Assembly (NCBI RefSeq): GCF_009914755.1
Contig: NC_060927.1
Reading direction: 5' to 3' (one strand)
Length of the DNA stretch: 64,000 nt
From: the human T2T-CHM13v2.0 reference genome, Homo sapiens
The translations under genes and the position numbers were made by a program. The notes beneath the pieces are model-generated. The model did no database searches. It was not told the origin of the DNA and worked only from the letters and a program-made list of their open reading frames with translations. This document shows, in pieces, positions 52,625-64,000 of this stretch. Position 1 is the stretch's first letter, and each line of letters begins with the position of its first letter.

Positions 52625-55600
52625 ATTTTATTCATTATTTATTTATTTGGTATTCAGGGGGGTACAGGTTTGTTACATTGGTATGTTGTGTGATGTTGAG
52701 GTTTGGGATACAAAGGGTCCTATCACTCATGTAGTGAGCATAGTACCCGATGGTTTTTCAGCCCATACCCTCTCCCTTCCTTCCTGCTCTAGTAGCTCCC
52801 AATGTCTACACATTTTTGTGTCCATGTGTATTCAGTGTTTAACTCCCACTTATAAGTGAGAACATACAGTATTTGGTTTCCCGTTCTTATGTTAATTTGC
52901 TTAGGATAATGGCCTCCAGCTGCATTCAAGTTGCTGCAAAGGACATGATTTCATTCTTTTTTATAGCTACATAGTATTACATGATGTATATGTAACACAT
53001 TTTCTTTATCTAATCCACCATTGATGGGCAGGAACCTAGGTTGATTCCATGTCTCTGCTATTGTGAATAGCACTGTAATGAACATACAAGAACATACAAG
53101 TGCATATGTCTTTTTGGTAGATTGATTTATTTTCCTTTGGTATGTACCCAGTAATGGGATTGCTGGGTCGAATGATAGTTCTGTTTTAAGTTCTTTGGGA
53201 AATCTCCAAATTGCTTTCCACAGTGGCTGAACTGATTTGTATTCCCACTAACGGTACATAAGTGTTGCCTTTTGTCTGCAGCCTCGACAGCATCTGCTGT
53301 TTTTTGACTTTTTAGTAATCACCATTCTGACTGGTGTGACATGGTATCTCATCGTGGCTTTGATTTGCATTTCTCTGACAAGTAGTGAATCTGACCATTT
53401 TGTCATGTTTGTTGTCCATTTGCATGCCTTCTTTTGAGACGTATCTTTTCATGTCATTTGCCCATTTTTTAATTGGATTATTTGGTTTTTGCTTCTTGAT
53501 TTTATTGGTTCCTTGTAGATCCTGGATATTAGATGTTTGTCAGGTGCATAGTTTATGAATATTTTTTCCCATTCTGTAGGCTGTTTAATCTGTTGATAAT
53601 TTCTTTTGCTGTGCAGAGGCTCTTCAGTTTTACTATGTCCCACTTATCAATTTTTGTTTCTGTTGCAGTTGCTTTTGGGAAATTAGCCATAAATTATTTG
53701 CTGAAGTCAATGTCAAGAAGGGTATTGCTTAGTTTTCTTCTAAGATTTTTATAGCTTGAGGTCTTACACTTAAATTTTTAATCCATATTAAATTGCTTTT
53801 TTGTACATAGTAAAATGTGGGGGCACAGTTTCATTCTCCTATCTATGGCTAGCCACTTATCCCAGCATCATTTATTGAATAGGGAGTCCTTTCTCCATTG
53901 CTTATTTTTGTTGACTTTGTTGAAAATCAGATTTTTTGTAGGTGTGCTGCTTTATTTCTGGCTGCTCTACTCTGTCCCAATGGGCTATGTGTCCTGTTTT
54001 TCTACAAGTACTGGGCAGTTTTGGTTACTGTGACTTTATAATATTATTGTTTGAAGTCAAATGATGTGATGCCTCTGGCTTTGTTCTTTTTGCTTAAGAT
54101 TCCATTAGCTATTTGGGCTCTTTTTTGGTTCTATATGAATTTTAGAATAGTTCTTTCTTACGTAAAAGAAAATGGCATTGGTATTTTAGTGGGGATAGCA
54201 TTGGATCTGTAAATTGCTTTGAGAGTATGGCCATTTTAACAACATTGGTTCTTCCAATCTGTGAGCATGAAATGTTTTTCCATTTACTTGTATCATCTGT
54301 GATTTCTTTCAGCAGTGTTTTTTACTTCTCTTTGGAGAGACCATTCACTTCCTTGGTTAGATGTATTTCTTTTCTTCGAGGATTCTTAAAACAGATCCCC
54401 AATCTCTTTGGGCTTGTAAGGATTTTGCAGAGAAGTCTGCTGCTAGCCTGATGAGGTTCACTTTGTAAGTGACTTGACCTTTTTGTCTAGCTGCAATTAA
54501 GAGTTTTTCTTTCTGTTGACCTTGGTGAATCTGATGGCTATGCACCTTGGGGATGGTCATCTTGTGGAGTATCTCACATGGGTTCTCTGTATTTCCTGAG
54601 TTTGCATGTCCATCTCTATAGCAAGATTGGGAAATTTTTCATGGACTATGTCCTCAAATATGTTTTTCAAGTTGCTTACTCTCTTTATTTCCCTCTCAGG
54701 AATGCCAATAAGTTATAGATTTGGTCTCTTTACATAATTTCAGATTTCTTGAAGGTTTTGCTCATTTTTAAAATTCTTTTTTAATATTCTCTCTGACTGC
54801 TGAGGTGATTTGAATAACCGGTCTTGGAGCTCTGAGTCTCTTTGGCTTGGTTTATTTTGCTGTTAATGTTTCTGACTGTATTATGAAATTTTTATAGCAA
54901 ATTCTTCATTCTAGGAGTTCTTTTTGGTATTTTCTTAAAATGGCTATTTTATCTTTCAACTCTTGGATCAATTTTATTGGGTTCCTTGAATTGGGTTTCA
55001 ACTTTCTCCTGGATCTTGACACACTTCTTAACATCCAGATTCTGAATTCTATGTCTGTCATTTCAGTCATTTTGGTCTGGTTAAAAATCATTGCTTGTGG
55101 GGGCTTGTGTGTTTGTTTGGAGGTAGGGAGCCACTTTGGCCTTTTGGATGGCCAGAATTATTGCACTGATTCTTTCTCATCTGAGAGGGCTAGTGTTCTT
55201 TTAACTGCGATATAAGATGAGTATAGTCAGTTGGCTTCATTTCCAGGTGCTTTCAAATGGCTAAGTTCTGTACAGGATTTTAATTTGTGGCTGGTTTTTT
55301 GCCTTAGGTTTCACAGGCACTGTATGCTGGCAAAATATTTTTGGTGTTGTAATTTTGGCTGGAATCCATTAGATGGAACTTAAGAGTGATGACTGGCAAA
55401 TAGGCTTTACTTAGCTGTGTGGCTCTTTTGTATTTCAGCATGTTCTAAGTAGTGCTCTGTGGTCAGGTGGGGAGAGATGACCCTCTCGCCAGTTCTCCTG
55501 CGCCTTGGGAGAGCCTCCTCCAATCACTGGCACTGCACCTGTCTTTCGTTTGTTAGGTATTTCACACCCACAGGGTTCCCTTAGGCAGAAGCTATAGCTG

Positions 55601-56385
55601 GTAGACAGGCCACACCCCTTCTTGGACCAGCCTTGGGGAGGGAAGTATACCCTGCTCCCCTGCCAGCCCATGAACCCAGATATCTCACCCCTCTCAGTAT
55701 TCAGAGAGTGGAGGCTCCTCCCCTGTTTGGGCTCCACCCATGCTGGTGAGTCTTGCATAGCTAAGAGCAGCAAATGTGGGAGGAGTAGCACAGATCACCA
55801 TCCATGTGCTTCCTGGGGTAACACAGAGCTGTGCTTGGCTGCAGAGTTCAGGCAGTGGTGGGACCACTGTGCTAGAGGCAGGAGCCAAGCCTTGTCTGGC
55901 AAGAAGGAGTGAAGCAGCTTGACCATTCCCCAGAACCATGACCACAGCCTCTGTTGGTGTCATGGCAGCTGATGCTGAGCTGCTCATGGATCCAAGGCCT
56001 GTGGGGCTCCTTCCAGTCTTGAGTGGTACCTCTGCAAAAGCTCTGGATGACTCCCTGTATCAATTTGGAGGCCTGGGGGGGCAAGGAGTCAGGGAGGTTC
56101 TCCCTTTCCCAATACTGCACAGGTCCCTGTGGGAAATGTGGATCCCCTGGGGACTCTTATTCTCCCCCACTTTCCCCATCTCAGGGAGCTTCTCCTGGTT
56201 TTGCACTGGTCCCAGGTGGGCAGCTGTTTACCTTCACTCTTCTCTGTTCTCCATGTGTCCCCTGACTCCCTTAAAGGATGCTCACATGCTTTCTCAGATG
56301 ATTCACTTGAAAAGTCAGTATTTACTCACCACTTTGTTTCCTCATTGGGAGAGCAGCACACACCAGCTGCTTCTTGAACCCTCTT
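52625..56385 (-). mobile_element. L1PA16/PB4-era LINE-1 with 5' UTR, part of ORF1, a large internal deletion and the 3' end
   Basis: 3' UTR at 52.6-53.0 kb; ORF2 end (53449-53643, [12 protein letters not shown]); ORF1 remnants (54357-54560, KEKLLIAARQKGQVTYK...IRLAADFS; 54906-55091, EMTDIEFRIWM); GC-richer 5' UTR at 55.3-56.4 kb. Confidence 0.88.
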
Positions 56386-56547
56386 ACCTAGTGGAATATT
56401 TTCTGTACAAAAAATTATTCACAAAAGTTCTTTTAGCTTTATCAAATGCTGGTTTTGCTACTTTGAAGAAAATATTATTGATCTGTTCTAAGGCTTTCTG
56501 AAGAATAAAAATGATTTTTTTTTTGTTTTGACTTCTCAAGTGACTTC

Positions 56548-56891
56548 TTTCTTAGTCCGTTTGTGCTGCTACACCAGAATACCTGAGGCTGGGTAACTTG
56601 AAAAGAACAGGAATATTTCTCACAGTTTTGAAGGTTGGGAAGTGTAACATCAAGGCATCAACATTTGGTATCTTTTGAGGGCCTTCTTGCTGCATCCTAA
56701 CATGGTGAATCTGGAAAGTCAAGAGAAGACAAATGCTGAGTAAAGTCTCTTTTATAGGTCCTTAATCCTGTTCATGAAAGAGAAGACCTTCTGGCCTAAT
56801 CAGCTCTTAAAACATCTACCTCCTTAGTATAATAGTATAATATTACATTGGAAACACCTGAATTTTGAAGGCAATACATTTAAACCACACA
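56548..56891 (-). mobile_element. MST-family (MSTC/D-like) MaLR solo LTR
   Basis: TCTTAGTCCGTTTGTGCTGCTA...AATACCTGAGGCTGGGTAA...GAGGGCCTTCTTGCTGCATCCTAACATGG...GGCCTAATCAGCTCTTAAA. Confidence 0.82.
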
Positions 56892-57193
56892 CCTCTTAAC
56901 ATAGGTCAGATTTTCATTTTATTCTTTCTTAACACAGTTTCTAATTCTCTTTTTTGATTCTCTTAGCCATCAGCTGATTTCCACTTTCAGGCATTATATG
57001 CCCACTAACCATTGCCTACTTTAGTTGAAAGCCTTAATAGAATTGTATTACTGAATATGTCATTAGCTTATATATGTCCTAGGTTCATTTGCAGCTGTTC
57101 CAAAAATTCTGAATTTTTTTTTATTTCAGTATCATTATGTATTGTTGAAGAAACTGATGCATTCCCTGAAAACACATGTAGAATTTTACAGTG

Positions 57194-57754
57194 TTTTTTT
57201 TTTGTTTACTTTAAGTTCTGGAATACATATGCAGAATGTGCAGGTTTGTTGCACAGGTATACATGTGCCATGGTGGTTTGCTGCACCTATCAACCTGTCA
57301 CCTAGGTTTTAAGCCCTGTATGTATTAGCTACTTGTCCTGATGCCCTCCCTCCCCTCAACGCCCCCACTCCCTGACAGGCCCTGGTGTGTGTTGTTCCCC
57401 TCCCTGTGTCCATGTGTTCTCATTGCTCAACTCCCACTTATGAGGAGAACACGTGGTTTTGGCTTTTTATTCCTGTTGAGGATGATGGCTTCCAGCTTCA
57501 TCTACATCCCTGCAAAAAACACGATCTCATGGCTTTTTGTGGCTGTATAGTATTCCATGGTGTATATGTACCACATTTTTTTTATCCAGTCTACCATTGA
57601 TGGACATTTGGGTTGGTTTCATGTCTTTGCTATTGTGAATAATGTTGCAATAAACATACATGTGCATGCACCTTTATAATAGAATCATTTCTATTCCTTT
57701 TGGTATATGCCCAGTAATGGGGTTGCTGGGTCAAATGCTATTTCTGGTTCTAGA
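57194..57754 (-). mobile_element. L1PA7/8-like 3' end, 5'-truncated
   Basis: TACTTTAAGTTCTGG...GTGCAGGTTTGTT...GTGCCATGGTGGTTTGCTGCACC; CCCAGTAATGGGGTTGCTGGGTCAAATG. Confidence 0.92.
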
Positions 57755-57872
57755 TATTTATTTTATTAAATTAATCTTCAGTGAAAAGTATCAGCTCTTT
57801 TAAAAATAAATGTAAGTATTTAAAGGCAATACTACAATAAAATAATAATAATGATAATGCTTCAAATCCATC

Positions 57873-58277
57873 TTCTGTGGTTAAAATTTTTTTGTTGCCT
57901 CCAAAATGCGTGTTGAAATTTAATCCTTAATGTAGCAGTATTAGGAGGTATGGCAATTGGGAGATAATTGAGGCATGAGGGCTCCACCCTCATGAATGGG
58001 ATTAGGCATACTTCTAAGAAAGCATGATGGAGGGAGTTCATCTCTTTTTGCACTTCAGCCTTTTGCCATGTGAGGGCACAGTGTTCCTCCCCTCCAGAGG
58101 GCAAAGTGTACAAGGCACCATCATGGAAGCAGAAAGTAGCCTTCACCAGACACAAAACCTGCTAGTGCCTTAATCTTGGACTTCCCAGCCTGAAGAACTG
58201 TGGGAAAATAAACGTATGTTCTTCATAAATTATCCAGCTGTGGTATTCTGCTATAGCAGCACAAACAGACTAAGACA
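57873..58277 (+). mobile_element. MSTD-like MaLR solo LTR
   Basis: CATGAGGGCTCCACCCTCATGAATGGGATTA; CTTGGACTTCCCAGCC; ends ATAGCAGCACAAACAGACTAAGACA. Confidence 0.88.
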
Positions 58278-58709
58278 TTATCCTATGGGCATATGGGTGT
58301 GTATTAATAACCCAACATTCTCAATTTTTTTATCCATGAGAATGGTCATTTTATAACATCTTCCACTAGCAATCAAGTCATTCTATGCTATGAAGCCGAG
58401 GATTTTATGGTATTTCCCACTGAAAATAATTGTTTCTGGGAATACCAGGGGAGAGGGTTCATGTTCCACAAATCCATCCTGGTCATCACTTGTCAAGTCA
58501 ACCAGTCAGCTCACTTTGGATCACTCTAGTAGTTATTATAAATAATCTTGTTTCTTTACAATAGCTTCTCCAGGTATAGGTATAAACAGGATATTTCTTA
58601 ATTTCCTAAAACACGAGAATATACCATTTGCCTAAACCTCAATGAAATCGTGGCAATAACAAAAGGAAATTACAATGTGAAAAACAAAAACTTCAAAATA
58701 GGAACTGGG

Positions 58710-59049
58710 TGTCTTAGTCTGTTTGGGCTGCTATAACAAAAATACCATAAACTGGGTGGTATGTAAACAGCAAACACTTCTTTCTAGTAATTCTGGAAGC
58801 TGAGAAGTTCTAATGAGGGCCCATTCATCATAGATGGTGCCGTCTGCTATGCCCTCACATGGTGAAAGAGGTAAACCAGCCTCCTCGGGCCTCGTTTATA
58901 AAGGCACTAATTCTATTCATGACGGCTCCAGCCTTATGACCTAATCACTTCCCAAAGACCCCACTTCCTAATACTGTGGCACTAGGGATCAGGTTTCAAA
59001 GCATGAATTGGCGTGGAGAAGTGGGAAGGCAAACACTCAGACCACAGGA
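58710..59049 (-). mobile_element. MLT1A-family MaLR solo LTR
   Basis: TGTCTTAGTCTGTTTGGGCTGCTATAACAAA...ATGACCTAATCACTTCCCAAAG; 5-bp TSD CTGGG / CTGAG. Confidence 0.88.
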
Positions 59050-59199
59050 CTGAGCACAACTTTTAGAGACTAAAACTAAAACATTTCTCAAAATATGCTG
59101 TCTCCTTAATCTGTCATTTGTCAGCAAACTACCTCTCTCTAACCAAACTGTCTTTGCCCATAAATAACCTCTCTCCAATTTTCTCTATCCCAGTGAGAA

Positions 59200-59636
59200 T
59201 TCATCAGTTATAAAATAAATTCTGCTCTAACAGTAAACTCCCAAATAACTAATTAATTAATCAAGGTATAGTTCATTTCTCTCATGCAAAAATATTCAGG
59301 ATGCAGCTTTCCAGGGCTGGAATGGGACTCAGAGGTCATGTTTTGCTCCTCTGCTATTTTAAGTATGCCCCCTCATGGTTCCAAGTTGGATATTTAAACT
59401 CCAGTGGCCACTTTCCTAGTCCACACAGAACGATGGAGAAAAAGGCCAGCTCATTCCTTTGGATGAAGATTTTCTTTGGTAGGGCTATGCAACTTGCCTG
59501 CTTACATCTCATTGGTCAGAACTTATTTAAATTACCCCTTTAACTACAGGCCATGTGTCTTTCTACATAAATTTCAAGTTGTTTTACTGAAGAGGAGGAA
59601 GAAAAACGTTTAGTAGGCAATAAGAAGTCTCTTTCA
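59200..59636 (-). mobile_element. MLT1J-like ancient MaLR LTR
   Basis: TCCAGGGCTGG...CCTCATGGTTCCAAG...TGCTTACATCTCATTGGTCAGAACTTA...TTACTGAAGAGGAGG. Confidence 0.62.
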
Positions 59637-59807
59637 AAGGGAGGATAAAATCAAAATATGTTTCAAATTTGTCTCAAGCCTCTGGCCCACCTCTCCATTA
59701 TAGTCTGAGATACAATGATGACCTCAGGAAAGAAAGATTTCTATATTATTATACAGAAAATTATAGCTCCTCATAATCTCAAATCTTCCATCCATACTAA
59801 GATTTTT

Positions 59808-60125
59808 TTTGTTTCTTTTTTTCATTTTCTTTTTTTATAATAGGATCTCACTCTGTCACTCAAGCTGTAGAGCAGTGGCACAAACACAGCTCACTGCAGC
59901 CTCAACAGCTCGGACTTAAGTGATCCTCCCACCTCACCTCCCAAGGAGCTGGTACCACAGGCGTGCACCACCACATTTGGTTAATTTATGATAATTATTA
60001 TTATTCATAGAGATGGGAATTTGCCATATTGCCCAAGCTGATCACAAACTCCTGGGCTCAAGCTCTTTTCCTGCCTCGGCCTCCTAAAATGCTAGGATTA
60101 TAGGCATGAATCACTGTGCCTGGCC
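59808..60125 (-). mobile_element. Alu SINE, AluJ
   Basis: CAGCTCACTGCAGCCTCAAC, CCTGGGCTCAAGC; TSD CATACTAAGATTTTT / CATAGTAAGATTTTT. Confidence 0.92.
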
Positions 60126-60899
60126 CATAGTAAGATTTTTATCTGTACATACATAGAAGTTCATTGAGAGTTGAACCAAACAAAAGAGTTTTCTGTCTCC
60201 AAACACAAAATCTTTTTTCCTCTTTCAAATTTAATAGAACAAAAATGTTGACATCCATCAAAATAGGGTGCATCTGTGTATATATACATATGTATACAAA
60301 TGAATGTGTGTTTATATAATATGAATATAAATATATATCTATGTGTACATGAGACAATGAGGATATGCAAATATAATTGTTATGCTCCCTGACTGGTGAG
60401 ATTATGTGCAGATTTTAGGAGTTTTGTATTTGTAAAATTTCCTGTGATGAACTTTTATAAATTATATTAAGAAAAATTACACTTACAAATCTATATATTG
60501 ATGTTAATATATATGTGTTAATGGAATATTTCTGGTTCAGAAAAAAATATCCAGTCGACAAATGGGAACTGTAAATTTTAGGTTTCTGATGAACAAACAA
60601 TCATAACTGTAAGTAACAGCAGGGTGGGATTCCTAAATTGTATTTAAAAGTAAAGGATTTACCCTCGTTAGTATGCTTGTTTAATAAACTTGCAGCTTAG
60701 AGGCTTCTTAATTAAGTATCTCCTGGGTGTACCGGGCTCTGTAAGTTAACAAAATATGGAATTCTCCTTTTCTATATTACATGTTGTTAATGCTAAGATA
60801 CGTACATTGCAGTGTCTTTGCAAATTTATTTTCAATCTTTTTATAATTGTGTTTCTTTTTTCTGTGAAAGCAGTCATGTTTAGAAGATAAAGTAAAAGA

Positions 60900-61045
60900 A
60901 ATGTATATTTGTGTGCCAATATAGATGCATACTTATGTGCATATATAGTACATATAATCCATACATAAAATATATAAACTTTTCTATATACGTGTATGTG
61001 ATTATATATTTATATACATGTATATGTGTTTGTGTGTGTATCATA
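60900..61045. repeat. (TA)/(TG)-rich low-complexity tract
   Basis: Alternating purine-pyrimidine, AT-rich run. Confidence 0.7.
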
Positions 61046-62004
61046 TAATCTTTAACATCCCTGTGTTTTCCTTCCATGTGTTTCCAAAAACTCATTGAAT
61101 CCTAATTAAATATGTTAGGGATGCTGAAATGGCTATTGACACGATCATGTCAGTCAGAATATTTAGTTAATGGCTGAGAATAGAACCTCGCAGAAGCCAC
61201 GGTCTATATGGTTACTTGCCTCCACTCAAGTGTGACATTGCAAACATTAAACATTCAGTGTGTCATGGCCACTGAACAATCAGAATAGACATCTATTCAA
61301 TCAGAACAAACATCCAACCCTCTTGTATCCCCGCTAAATATCAAACCTTTTCCTAAAGTGTTTGGTTTACATGGCACAAGTCTGATATATATTTTAAAAA
61401 AGTTTGGAGTGGTTTTTAACAGTGAAATATAAATCTTGAAGTATTTCTTATTCCATGAGTGGCTGAGCCAATGGACAATGAATATCTAGTCTTTCTCTTT
61501 ATATTCATTCACAGACTGTCCCTAGACATTAACAAGAGCTCTGTGAGGAATGGAGCAAAAGGAAGACCAGGAAATTCATAGACTTCCAAGCCTATGCAGC
61601 TAGTCACACAATAATCAGAAAGTTCTTTTCCTGTTTTGTTTATTTGTTTGTTTTTCCTCTTCCACAGATTTCTTGGCTGGGATTGAATAACCCAGAGGAG
61701 TGGGTTATAGAATCATTTCTAGGGGCAAATGGAGGCCAAACTGGCAAACATCATGATGAGCTATATGGTATTGCCTAACAGAATCTTGGTCATTTCTATT
61801 TTAAAATTTTCTTTTGTCTATATTTTAATCGTTTTAGAACTGTGATCATAGCAGAAGTGAAATTCGTGCTAGGGGCTTGTGAATCAATATTAATAGGTAT
61901 GTTAGCTATAGACTTTATTTTTTTCTTTCACTTAAAATTAGCATGTGCTTATTACAAAATGTTATAAAAAGCATCAGGATATAAATAATAATTTTAGTAT
62001 GTTT

Positions 62005-62715
<711 letters not shown>

Positions 62716-62950
62716 TCCAGAGAGTAAGATCATCGTATGACCATATACCAGGTATGAGTCAATGAGCAGCAATGACACATTTTCTGATTCACATAGACTA
62801 AGAAAATTTACCACTCACAGGCCCTTATGAAAAGACCTACAGAAGTGTCTAATTCTGTGAGAAGGAAAGTAAACTCAGGAGGAAGGATGGAATACAAGAA
62901 ATAACAGCATAAAAATGGATGAGGTATTTCAGCAAGTTTAAGAAACTGCT

Positions 62951-63399
62951 TCTGGTAGAGAGAGTCTTGTCTCCCACAAAATGTGAAAGTCTTAATTCCC
63001 AGAACCTGTGACTACGCTACCTTACACTCAAAAGGAATTTTGCAGATGTGATTAAATTAAGGGTCTTCAGATGGGATTGTCCTCAACTATTTGTGTGAAC
63101 CCGATGATATCTCAAGGGCTTTTATAAAAGGGACACAGGAGGTCATAGAGGAGGGAAGGTGCTATGCCACTGGCTTTGAAGATTGAGGTAGGAACCATGA
63201 GCCAAGGAAAGCAGGTAACCACTAGAAGCCAGAAAAGGCAAGGAGATAATTGTCTCCTGAAGTCCCCAGAAGGAATACAGCCCTGCCAACACCTTCATTT
63301 TAGATTTCTGAGTTCCAGAACTGAAAGAGAATAAATTTGTATTGTTTTAAGACACAACGTTTATAGTAATTTATTATAGCAGCATTAGGAACCAACACA
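62951..63399 (+). mobile_element. MLT1D/C-like MaLR solo LTR
   Basis: CCCAGAACCTGTGA, TTTGCAGATGTGATTAAATTAAGG, CAGCCCTGCCAACACCTT, GAGAATAAATTTGTATTGTTTTAAG...CA. Confidence 0.88.
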
Positions 63400-63416
63400 T
63401 TACTGATTGCAAAAAC

Positions 63417-63523
63417 TAAGTTTGCTAGATTGGCAAACAAAAGATGAGATATCCAGTTAAATAATTTTGTTTACGTGAAATTCAAGTTAAACTGGGTATT
63501 CTATATTTTGGATGGCAACACTG
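63417..63523. mobile_element. MER53-like hAT MITE lacking its centre
   Basis: TTGCTAGATTGGCAAACAAAA...CCAGTTAAAT and TGAAATTCAAGTTAAACTGGG...TGGCAAC match the two MER53 ends. Confidence 0.65.
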
Positions 63524-63824
63524 GTAAAACCCAATTTTTTTGTTTAATTTTGTTTTGTTATGATATTAAGAAAAGTAAATAAAACACACACACACACAGT
63601 AACAAAAAATAGTATAAAAAATAGAAAAGGTATTTAGTGGGTAGTTTAAATGACGACAAAAGTGTTGGTAGAATTCTTCCATGGCAAAAGTTACATTTCA
63701 AATGGGCTCAAGTGGCTTTGTGTAGAGAAGAGATACTCCTGTCTGAAACAGAAAGGCAGAAAAGGATTATTTCAAATAATGCATAATCTAATGAATGAAG
63801 GATGAGAATGATTTAGAGTTTATG

Positions 63825-64000
63825 TAAGGCAAATTACTTACCCTCTCTTAGTCTTGGTTTTCTCATCTGTAAAATAGAGAGACACATAGTACTTTCATTC
63901 CTTATTGGGGTGATCTGGGGATTAATGCAATAATATGTGTATAGTTTTTGAACTAGTATTAAGGAAATAATAATTAGTAAACAAATGTTTGGCTATTATT
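63825..64000 (+). mobile_element. MIR SINE
   Basis: GGCAAATTACTTACCCTCTCT...GTTTTCTCATCTGTAAAATAG core; ends AAATGTTTGGCTATTATT. Confidence 0.82.

Noticed and set aside
54355-54385. Possibility that the L1 internal deletion is a spliced-out intron
   Set aside because: An AG is expected near the ORF2 side, but I find no GT donor at the ORF1 side; microhomology explains the join better

Overview
This is primate (human-like) genomic DNA: AT-rich, CpG-poor and dominated by interspersed repeats. It contains about 14 Alu/FLAM copies, L1 fragments of several ages (L1PA, L1PB, L1MA, L1MB, L1ME/HAL1-like), L2, MIR, MaLR/ERV solo LTRs and hAT/mariner MITEs (MER5, MER20, MER81, MER53, MADE2). I can support no protein-coding gene, tRNA, rRNA, snRNA or CpG island. 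The ORF track is explained by Alu/L1 remnants, low-complexity sequence or chance. Subfamily calls come from recalled consensus sequences and need RepeatMasker/Dfam confirmation; boundaries of old repeats are approximate. I found no convincing new biological system. The best leads are: (1) a ~250-bp non-Alu, non-L1 insert with retrotransposition hallmarks (16-bp TSD, A-rich tail) at 32.5 kb; (2) a 44-bp-stem hairpin in apparently unique DNA at 29.5 kb; (3) a chain of strong minus-strand splice sites at 6.7-8.6 kb suggesting lncRNA exons; (4) short palindromes that look like template-switch scars; and (5) an ancient diverged duplication at 48.9/50.4 kb.
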